Source: Erysipelotrichales bacterium
Lineage (GTDB): Bacteria > Bacillota_I > Bacilli_A > Erysipelotrichales > Erysipelotrichaceae
Assembly: GCA_017532345.1 (NCBI GenBank)
Contig: JAFXJJ010000005.1
Location: 2,193 to 66,192 of the forward strand
Length of the DNA stretch: 64,000 nt
Reading direction: 5' to 3'
In this document: positions 9,697 through 17,348 of the stretch, in pieces
Layout of the letters: the number at the start of each line of letters is the position of its first letter
How positions within the stretch are numbered: position 1 is the stretch's first letter
Made by a program: the position numbers and the translations under genes
Notes under the pieces: generated by a model
The model's database searches: none
What the model was told of the DNA's origin: nothing
What the model saw: only the letters and a program-made list of their open reading frames with translations

Positions 9697-10527
9697 TTAA
9701 GCGAACATCAAAATATCATCACAATCAATTAAATCATATTCTTCTTTATTTTTATGATATGCTAAAATTAACATTTGCTGTAATATTTTCTCATTATATA
9801 CTATTGGATTATCATTTGAAATTTCTTTCTTCGTCAATAGACTCAAACAATTAATCAAATCATGACCATTGCAAACATATTCCTTGTCATAATTTTTACT
9901 TCTAAAGTCATTAAGTTTACCATTAACCTCATTTCGCATCTCAACACTTAATCTCATTTTCGAAACAAAATACTCTACAAATCTTTCTTCTCCTTTAAAT
10001 AGATTTTTATATTCAATATCTTCGAACGAAAAGTTATACTTTTCAATATCATTGAGTAATCTTAATAACCCTAATATATATACATCGCTATAAATAATAT
10101 TCCGTAAATCTAAATCAGATTTCTTTTTTTTCTTAGAAGAAATACAAGTATTTACTTCAGAAAATGCTCTCGATTGTATCAGAACATTTTCTAAATCTAT
10201 GTATTTGTAATAATATAGATTTTCTTGGCCACTGCAAGTTCCCCTTAAATAGTCATAATCATAATCAACAATTCCAACTACATTCTTTTTATTTCTTTTA
10301 TTCATAAGACACACTACTTTTTCCACGTATTCTTTATTGCTATTACAATTTTTTTTGCAAGCAACCTTAATATCCTTTTTTCGAAGTCCATCATTTTGCA
10401 AATGTTCCCAAAAAAGTCTATCAGTCTCACCTTCAACTAATAAGTAGTTCACTTTTGAATTCATCGATAATTCATCAGCCAGTTCACTAGGACTGAGTAA
10501 CATATCCTCTTTATTTTTTATTTTCAT
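9697..10527 (-). CDS. ariB: TOPRIM-like DUF4435-type effector, PARIS AriB-like
   Basis: 276 aa. N-terminal LLVEGETDRLFW matches the acidic TOPRIM/DUF4435 signature (xEGxxD). The start overlaps the stop of the upstream ABC-type ATPase (TAATG). Family assignment is from motif memory, not an HMM search. Confidence 0.6.
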   Translation of the reverse strand: MKIKNKEDMLLSPSELADELSMNSKVNYLLVEGETDRLFWEHLQNDGLRKKDIKVACKKNCNSNKEYVEKVVCLMNKRNKKNVVGIVDYDYDYLRGTCSGQENLYYYKYIDLENVLIQSRAFSEVNTCISSKKKKKSDLDLRNIIYSDVYILGLLRLLNDIEKYNFSFEDIEYKNLFKGEERFVEYFVSKMRLSVEMRNEVNGKLNDFRSKNYDKEYVCNGHDLINCLSLLTKKEISNDNPIVYNEKILQQMLILAYHKNKEEYDLIDCDDILMFA

Positions 10528-11846
10528 TAATCAAATTCCCCTAATTCTTCAACTAAATCCCAATTATCATTTATTATTTGAGGAGAATGAGTAGCAACTA
10601 ATATTGCTATATTATTAATACTTATTATCTTCTTGATATCTTCTATAAAATCTCGTTGCCATCTAACATTCAAAGAAATCTCTGGTTCATCTAGCAAAAC
10701 ACATTTATTTTCTCTTCCTTTAAATATTAAATTATATAATAAGACAATTTCATGTTGCTCACCAGATGATAAATCTTTTAAATTGATTTTGTAATCTTTG
10801 CTTTTTTGTATTATACTAATACCATTTTCTTTATCTACTAAAACTTCTTTCTTATTACTTAATTTATTATTTATGATACTTTTAAATAAAATAATCCTAT
10901 CAGAAATATCATTCAATGATTCCATTTTTATCTTTAAATCTAAGTAATATTCGTAAAGAATAGTTGATGTTTTTATATCCAATTGTTCAATTTCAAATTT
11001 TCCACTTAAAGAATCGCCTTTATTGTCTTCTAAAATCCCAGAATTTATATGTTTTTCACGTAAACTACTTGTATTTTCTATATTTTGTTTCAATTCATCA
11101 ATAGAGAAACATTTCTTATCTTCTATACTTTTTATCACTTTAAACGGAAATTTTTCATCCAATATCTGTGCAATATTAGCATATTCAGATAAACAGTTTT
11201 TTATTTTGTTCTTTAATTCAAGTGAACACTCTTCAACAGCATATTTCCAAGTAGTTCTAATGCTCTCAGCATTTTGGCATTCCAGCTTCAATCTGTCAGT
11301 TGTAATCAATTCAACTGATACTTTCTTTAAAATATTATATACTTCGTTAGGAATTGGAAAAACCTGTTCTTTTAATTCGTCATCTAATTCATCATAATAT
11401 TTACTAATTACTTCACTTATTCTTAAAACTTCATTGCTTTGTGTATCAACTAGAGTATCTCGCGTTTTTCTTCTTAATGATGGAATGTTATTACTCCAAA
11501 ACAATGGTGAATTAATTCTACTATTATTTTTATAATCACCAATATATTTTCCATCAATAAAGTACTTTAAGCAGACTTGATGTAAATCATCTTCTTCATC
11601 GTCTTCAATTGTTTTAATAAATTTCTCAACCTTGATAATATTATCATCAATTTCGCACTCAATATAATCAAAATCATATCCCAACAATAATTCATGATTT
11701 TGGGAAAATAATATCGAAATCATTCGTAAAACTGTAGTTTTCCCACTTCCATTTTGGCCAACAACAATAGTTATCCCATCATCTCTAAAATTTATTTCAC
11801 TATCAAAAGTTTGGAATAAATTCTTAACAAAAAATTTTTTCAACAT
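10527..11846 (-). CDS. ariA: ABC/AAA_15-21-type ATPase, PARIS AriA-like
   Basis: Walker A VVGQNGSGKTT, signature-like LSSGEQHE, Walker B VLLDEPEISL and H-loop VATHSP. The probable start is MLKKFF at 11846 after AAAGGA; the ORF maximum reaches 11867. Translationally coupled to the DUF4435-like gene. Confidence 0.65.
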   Translation of the reverse strand: MLKKFFVKNLFQTFDSEINFRDDGITIVVGQNGSGKTTVLRMISILFSQNHELLLGYDFDYIECEIDDNIIKVEKFIKTIEDDEEDDLHQVCLKYFIDGKYIGDYKNNSRINSPLFWSNNIPSLRRKTRDTLVDTQSNEVLRISEVISKYYDELDDELKEQVFPIPNEVYNILKKVSVELITTDRLKLECQNAESIRTTWKYAVEECSLELKNKIKNCLSEYANIAQILDEKFPFKVIKSIEDKKCFSIDELKQNIENTSSLREKHINSGILEDNKGDSLSGKFEIEQLDIKTSTILYEYYLDLKIKMESLNDISDRIILFKSIINNKLSNKKEVLVDKENGISIIQKSKDYKINLKDLSSGEQHEIVLLYNLIFKGRENKCVLLDEPEISLNVRWQRDFIEDIKKIISINNIAILVATHSPQIINDNWDLVEELGEFD

Positions 11847-11920
11847 AAAATCGCATCCTTTTCTCATATATCAAATTTGCTAAAATTTTTATTAAAATCA
11901 TCACTTTATAATTATTAATG

Positions 11921-14245
11921 TTATTTGTTAAATATTCTTAATAAAAAATCTCTTTCAAATTCATCTAATTGTTTAATCAACACTAAATTTCCAGTTAATA
12001 ATCTAGATTTAAATTCGTCAATTTCTAATTCCATTTCAACAGAATTTTTAGTTTCCAACTCTTTAACAGTAATGTTAGGATAACCTTTGTTTATCAAATA
12101 CGTACCAATTTTAGTAAATACACCAGTCTCATAATAATTAATAATTTTTTCAATACAAGTTTCATTTATTTCTATCTCTTTTAGCTTACAAACATAAACA
12201 AAAATAGCAAAATGTAGATTTAAATATTTCGGAACTTTATATTCGACAATTTCATTCATTTTCTTTAAAGCATTCCTAAAACATGTACTATATTCTTTGA
12301 AATCTAACTCTTTTTTGTTACTAGTTTCCTTTTTGCTTTTTATTTCGTAGGATATTAATCCACGAAATCCTAAATATGAAAATGTTTTGGCTATTGCAGG
12401 ATAAATTTTAGCTTCAAAACTTTCTATAATACCAGCCTCTAACAAATCATAAAAAATAAATTCTAAACTATTATTATCCTTACTAATAAAAATATGTAGA
12501 GATTCATATTTTTCTTTATATTTTAGTAACTCATTCTTACTTTTTGAATTTAAACCATTAAATAATTCAATTTGTTTTATCCAATCTATTGCTCTATTTT
12601 TCTCAAATACACTATTTGGAATTGAACTTTGCTCTATTTTTGTTTGTCTACTTTCTTTTAATTGTTTATTTCTCCCTATCAGATCATTAACATCTGTATT
12701 ATCAATATCCTCTACACTTATCGGCTTGTCTGTAAAAGTAATAAAATCTAATTTTTCAGTTGATGCTAAATTATTTTTCTCTTCAATCTCTTTGTCAAAT
12801 ATATAAATATTTCCTACAAAGTGATGATAATATCGACCAGCTCTTCCAATAATATTTTTAACATCAAAGACTTTTAGAGATTTTCTTCCTTTTTTATTAC
12901 CATAAAATATTAAATTTTTTGCATTTGTATTCACTCCTTCTGTTATTGAAGTAGTTGATAATATTAAATCCACATTACCTTTATTAAATAAATTTATCAT
13001 CTCATTTTGAATATACTTTGGCAATGAACCATAATGCACCGCAATGTTATTTTCTAAATATGATTTTATTGACCAATCAACTTTTAAACTACCATCTAAA
13101 TAACTATACCTATTATCTAAATGATTTATAAAGTTTCTAAGCTCGTTTGAAACTTGTCTATCTGAATAATTACTAATTTCCTTAATTTGAATCGCTAGTC
13201 TATCTATTTCATCTTTAGAAGAACAGTATATTAACGTGGAGCCAGCATCTTTGGATAATATGGTTTTCACTAATTCAATGGTAGTTTTTTTCTTTTCTGC
13301 ATAGTATCTTACAGGAATCTCATTTATAGAAATATTAGCATCCCAGCATTTAATTATATTTTTAACAACTAATTCTTCATCAATTTGAACTAATTTTACT
13401 TCATACCTATTAATAAACTCCTGTAACCCATCACCCATTTTTTGTAAATTAACATACGGTCCAGCTAAATAAAACGACTCAACTTCCTTTGATAAAATGT
13501 ACAAAACAATTCTAAAAATCTTGTCGCGATTATTTTCTTCAATGCCATCAGATTTATCAATAAAACTATTATCTATTTTATATATTTCATCCATAAAGAA
13601 AAAATCTATTTTTAATGATGGTATTTCATTCCTTAGTTTCAAATATCTCTCTGGTGTTAAAACATATATTGTTTTACTTGAAGTTTTTTCATTTGAATTT
13701 GTACTATTAATAATTTGATAGCCTAAGTTGTGTTCAATATTGAATTTATCAAGTTCATCAAAATTCTCAAACAACAACGCATTTGTAGGGAAAATTAGAA
13801 CTATTGTTTCATAACGATATTTAAAAATAATTTCTCGCAATAATCTAGTTTTACCAAATGAAGTTGGGGCACTAACAATAATTTTTTTAGACTCCAATTC
13901 ATCATAAGTATTAATCACTTTCCTTTGCTTATAATCCAATAAAGTTCCGCTCTCACTAGTATATGTTGCTTTAATAAAATCATCTTTTAGCAATTGAAAT
14001 TCGCTTAAATAAAAATTTTGAATATACTCATCATCAAAACCGTTCATATCGTTATATCCAAATATTCGCAACTTTTGAGCTGCAACATATAGTAATTCAT
14101 TCAAAAATTCATCATTTTCCTCACGTTTTTTTCTATCAGAAATTTTACACAGTATATTTCTTAATTGAATAAATGATTCAATTGATTCATCATCATAATT
14201 ATTGATAGCATGTACTAGTTCTTTTTTTGCAGTATTATTCATCAA
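11921..14245 (-). CDS. hamB: SF2 DEAD/DEAH-type helicase, Hachiman HamB-like
   Basis: 774 aa. Motif I SAPTSFGKTRL, motif II FFMDEIYKID, later motifs STTSITEGVN and IIGRAGR. Overlaps the upstream 307-aa gene by 11 nt. Confidence 0.65.
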   Translation of the reverse strand: MMNNTAKKELVHAINNYDDESIESFIQLRNILCKISDRKKREENDEFLNELLYVAAQKLRIFGYNDMNGFDDEYIQNFYLSEFQLLKDDFIKATYTSESGTLLDYKQRKVINTYDELESKKIIVSAPTSFGKTRLLREIIFKYRYETIVLIFPTNALLFENFDELDKFNIEHNLGYQIINSTNSNEKTSSKTIYVLTPERYLKLRNEIPSLKIDFFFMDEIYKIDNSFIDKSDGIEENNRDKIFRIVLYILSKEVESFYLAGPYVNLQKMGDGLQEFINRYEVKLVQIDEELVVKNIIKCWDANISINEIPVRYYAEKKKTTIELVKTILSKDAGSTLIYCSSKDEIDRLAIQIKEISNYSDRQVSNELRNFINHLDNRYSYLDGSLKVDWSIKSYLENNIAVHYGSLPKYIQNEMINLFNKGNVDLILSTTSITEGVNTNAKNLIFYGNKKGRKSLKVFDVKNIIGRAGRYYHHFVGNIYIFDKEIEEKNNLASTEKLDFITFTDKPISVEDIDNTDVNDLIGRNKQLKESRQTKIEQSSIPNSVFEKNRAIDWIKQIELFNGLNSKSKNELLKYKEKYESLHIFISKDNNSLEFIFYDLLEAGIIESFEAKIYPAIAKTFSYLGFRGLISYEIKSKKETSNKKELDFKEYSTCFRNALKKMNEIVEYKVPKYLNLHFAIFVYVCKLKEIEINETCIEKIINYYETGVFTKIGTYLINKGYPNITVKELETKNSVEMELEIDEFKSRLLTGNLVLIKQLDEFERDFLLRIFNK

Positions 14246-15158
14246 TTCCCATTCCCTTTCTCAAGTCTGATTTGCTGTATATTGGAAAAAACATAAACAT
14301 CAATTTAGTATTTAAATTTAATGCACATTTATAGTCTTTAACTGAATTTATTATAGACTTAATTTCAGCTTCAAATTGATTGTCGAAATCTTGTGTATAT
14401 ATCGATTTTTTCTCATAAGCTAATAAGCAAGGTACAATTATATTTATATTTTTCATTTCAAAATATTTTTCTAATTCATCACGTCTTTCTTCAACGCTTT
14501 TATCGACTAAATCAAAAAATAAGTCATTTAATTCACTAAGTATGTCTTTAATTTCACTATCTACACATAGTCTTTTATCTACAATAAATGTTAGTTCATC
14601 ATAAGTATAAAGAAAATCCATTTTTTCTAAATCTTCTTTAATCTTATTAATACAATACGTTCTATCTCCTAATTTAGCTTGACCTAATATTAATAAAATT
14701 TCATTTTTATTTTTCAGCATATGTACAGAATCAAAACCTTTAATTTCATTATTATCAGTTCTTTGTCTGTGAACTGTACGTATACAGGCTTTCTTGGTGT
14801 TTGGATTTTTTAACATAATTAGTAAATCTAAAAGTGTTTCACTATAAATCCCATTTTGATCGCCATGACGATTAGGCAATCTATTCTTTTTTATCACTTT
14901 AATCATTTTGTCCAAATCATCAAATTGTCCTTTTTCATACCATTCAATAAACTCTTGTTCACTATATACACAATAAGGTAAGTATTCTTTTAGTAAATTT
15001 CCAATTTTTGATGAAGCATCTTCATTATTTTCATGATGATATTTATTATATTTACCATTTTTTAAATCATACTCAATAAAAATAAGATGCTCTAATACCC
15101 TATCCTTAATTCTTTCACAAAAAATTTCATAAAACTCTGCCATACTCCCCACCACCAT
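14235..15158 (-). CDS. hamA: DUF1837-like protein, Hachiman HamA-like (putative PD-(D/E)xK-type effector)
   Basis: 307 aa, immediately upstream of and overlapping the helicase, which is the canonical hamA-hamB order. It has a possible nuclease-like D...(Q)xK stretch: DSVHMLKNKNEILLILGQAKLGD. The call rests on architecture plus weak motif evidence. Confidence 0.5.
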   Translation of the reverse strand: MVVGSMAEFYEIFCERIKDRVLEHLIFIEYDLKNGKYNKYHHENNEDASSKIGNLLKEYLPYCVYSEQEFIEWYEKGQFDDLDKMIKVIKKNRLPNRHGDQNGIYSETLLDLLIMLKNPNTKKACIRTVHRQRTDNNEIKGFDSVHMLKNKNEILLILGQAKLGDRTYCINKIKEDLEKMDFLYTYDELTFIVDKRLCVDSEIKDILSELNDLFFDLVDKSVEERRDELEKYFEMKNINIIVPCLLAYEKKSIYTQDFDNQFEAEIKSIINSVKDYKCALNLNTKLMFMFFPIYSKSDLRKGMGIDE

Positions 15159-15480
15159 TGTAAATTAATTATAAATATAATACATTTTCCCTACCATACC
15201 ACCTTATATATAAACAGTCATTGTAGTCTTACATCGACAAATTAAAGGATATTTGCTATAATTAAATATTACGTATTAATCATTACTATTACCTTTATTA
15301 TTCATTACATTTCTAGTAATTATTTACTCTCTTTATTGATAAATAAAGTAATAGAAGTCACTAAAAAACCTCATTATTTCAACCTTTTAAACATCATATT
15401 TATTTCTAGATAATCATGTTATTAAAAAGTAACATGATTATTATTTTATATACATCATAATTATAACTGTATTAACTAAA

Positions 15481-15514
15481 TAAAAATGCGATATATCATA
15501 TAACCATATCGCAC
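15481..15514 (-). terminator. intrinsic terminator downstream of hicB
   Basis: UGCGAUAU-11 nt-AUAUCGCA followed by UUUUUAUUU on the minus strand. Confidence 0.55.
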
Positions 15515-15555
15515 TTATTGTTAATTAAAGTTTTTTTTATCTTTCAACTAGATAG

Positions 15556-15774
15556 TCATTCACTTGGAGTCATAATAGTATATCCATTTTCTAATGCAGT
15601 TTCTAACCAACATCTTTTCGCATCCCGTGCATTTACAATCGCACTTTCAATTGTTTCTCCACAAGTAATGCAACCAGGTAATTCTGGAAATGAAACTACA
15701 TAGCCACCCTCATCTTTATCTTTGACTATTTCCATACGATAAGATAAAGTCAGATAATCAGCTAATTTACGCAC
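15556..15774 (-). CDS. hicB: HicB-family antitoxin (UPF0150), no hicA partner visible
   Basis: 72 aa containing GGYVVSFPELPGCITCGETIESAIVNARDA, the classic HicB N-terminal fold motif. The 108 nt upstream contain no HicA-sized ORF. Confidence 0.75.
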   Translation of the reverse strand: MRKLADYLTLSYRMEIVKDKDEGGYVVSFPELPGCITCGETIESAIVNARDAKRCWLETALENGYTIMTPSE

Positions 15775-15882
15775 ATTCTCTTTCCTCGCTCTCTAACATA
15801 TCTTTAATCATGAAAATCACTATAATAAAAAATAATTAATTATTCTTTTTATTATAGCTACAAAGTATATCTTCCATTAACA

Positions 15883-16197
15883 TTAACTATTTAAAGCTTT
15901 TTCAACATAATCTAATTCTAGATTTAATGTACTTGCAATTTGCTCAGCTGTAAAGTCATTTGAAAACATTATTTTAATGAACTCACGCGCTTTTTCTTCT
16001 CCACCTTCTCGATGAATTCCTTTAAGTTCTTGATAATCCCAATATTCTTTTATTAACCTTTCACGTGATGATTCATCGGAATTTAGAAAATCAACTTTTT
16101 CTACTATTTTATCTAATCCTTCCATAAGTTTACCAGTTCTTCTCATTATGTATTCATTTATCTTTTCTTGTATATCTTTATCGCTTTTATTATACAT
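15883..16197 (-). CDS. small protein resembling the C-terminal region of Rpn/YhgA-like nucleases (RpnS-like candidate)
   Basis: 104 aa. ...HREGGEEKAREFIKIMFSNDFTAEQIASTLNLELDYVEKAL parallels the C-terminus of the neighbouring Rpn ORF, ...EEGRGEGITIGEANMLKKNIIQMASRGLQYEVIADYLGVDIQEVEKIL. Confidence 0.45.
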   Translation of the reverse strand: MYNKSDKDIQEKINEYIMRRTGKLMEGLDKIVEKVDFLNSDESSRERLIKEYWDYQELKGIHREGGEEKAREFIKIMFSNDFTAEQIASTLNLELDYVEKALNS

Positions 16198-16226
16198 TAC
16201 CTCAATGTTCTGCAGAATAATACATA

Positions 16227-17183
16227 TTAATTAGTTACATTTGCACTTAATATTTTCTCAACCTCTTGTATATCAACACCTAGATAATCAGCTATCACTT
16301 CATACTGCAATCCTCTACTAGCCATTTGTATAATATTTTTCTTCAACATATTAGCCTCACCAATTGTTATTCCTTCTCCTCTTCCTTCTTCTAGACCTTC
16401 TTTTCTTCCTCTTTCCATTCCATTATCAATTCGTTCTAATATTTCTCTTTCTTTTAGCGCTTCTCTCGTCAAACGATCTATCTCTTCTTCATTTGTATTT
16501 AATTTTTGTATTTGACTAACTAAACTTTCTAATCGTTCCATATGTACATTTGCATCTCCTTCTATATACTTCTTTACTTTCTTCATAAATTCCTCATCAT
16601 TTTCATTGTATAGTAGTCTTACTACTATCTTTAATATGTTTTCTCTATCATACTTAGTAAAATCTATTTCTTCTTTTTGATAATTCTTTAAATATACACG
16701 ATACTCATCTGGATATGCTCCATGCTTTCTAATATTACTGTACATCATTTCATAATTTTCAATTTTCTCATTTAAACCAACATCGTTAAACTCATATTCA
16801 TTTATTAAAGATATTACTACTACATTTATTAACTTATCATAACTATCCCCCTTTCTTAGTTGTGTCACAATTTCGCACGCACCATAGTATGCCATTCGTT
16901 TAATAAATCTATCAGTTGCATTATTCTGCATTTCTACAACTACTCTTAATTTCCCATCTACGTTTACCCTAATATCTGATATAGTTTTCTTTTCTTCATA
17001 CCTTTCTGGTGATAATTCTTCAATCGTAGTTCCTTCAATACCCGTTACTACATACAGTAACAGTAAAATTACATTTCTACCGTTCACTGTACCTGGATCA
17101 CATATCTTATGAAATCCATAATCACTTTACGGTGCTTCTTTTAGCACACCCTCCTTAGTAAGTTCTTGTCTTAATTCAATCAT
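16227..17183 (-). pseudogene. Rpn family recombination-promoting nuclease / putative transposase (YhgA-like, PD-(D/E)xK), interrupted by an in-frame TAA
   Basis: Track ORF 16227..17087 contains DIRVNVDGKLRVVVEMQNN, the Rpn core. The same frame continues upstream: ATG at 17183, MIELRQELTKEGVLKEAP, TAA at 17127-17129, then SDYGFHKICDPGTVNGRNV. The upstream stretch resembles the conserved Rpn N-terminus (SDxxFKxxFG). Confidence 0.65.
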
Positions 17184-17300
17184 TCAATTCTACCTTTCTT
17201 ATCAATAAGTCTTTTATAATCACCATCATATTCTTGCCTCCCTTCATATTACTATTGTCATCAAAATATGAAATGCCCAAAAATTTATATAAAAACATAT

Positions 17301-17348
17301 AAAAAGCATCCTAATTACTAATTATTAGTAACTAAGATGCTTTTTTTA
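17301..17348. terminator. bidirectional intrinsic terminator at the end of the sugar operon
   Basis: AAAAAGCATCCTAATTACTA...TAGTAACTAAGATGCTTTTTTT, a long imperfect hairpin flanked by A and T runs. It abuts the GH3 stop codon. Confidence 0.7.

Noticed and set aside
10124-10131. T8 homopolymer tracts inside ariB (10124-10131, and another T8 at 10349-10356), considered as possible slipped-strand phase-variation switches for the PARIS-like system.
   Set aside because: They encode lysine runs (SKKKKKS) in a very AT-rich gene. An 8-nt tract is short for contingency loci. Similar A/T runs occur throughout the island, so there is no specific evidence for switching.
15409-15445. Hairpin ATAATCATGTTA-8 nt-TAACATGATTAT in the hamA upstream region, considered as a terminator or operator.
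   Set aside because: The T-run is on the plus strand, where no gene ends. On the minus strand it lacks a U-tract. Function cannot be assigned, so it is noted only as an inverted repeat.
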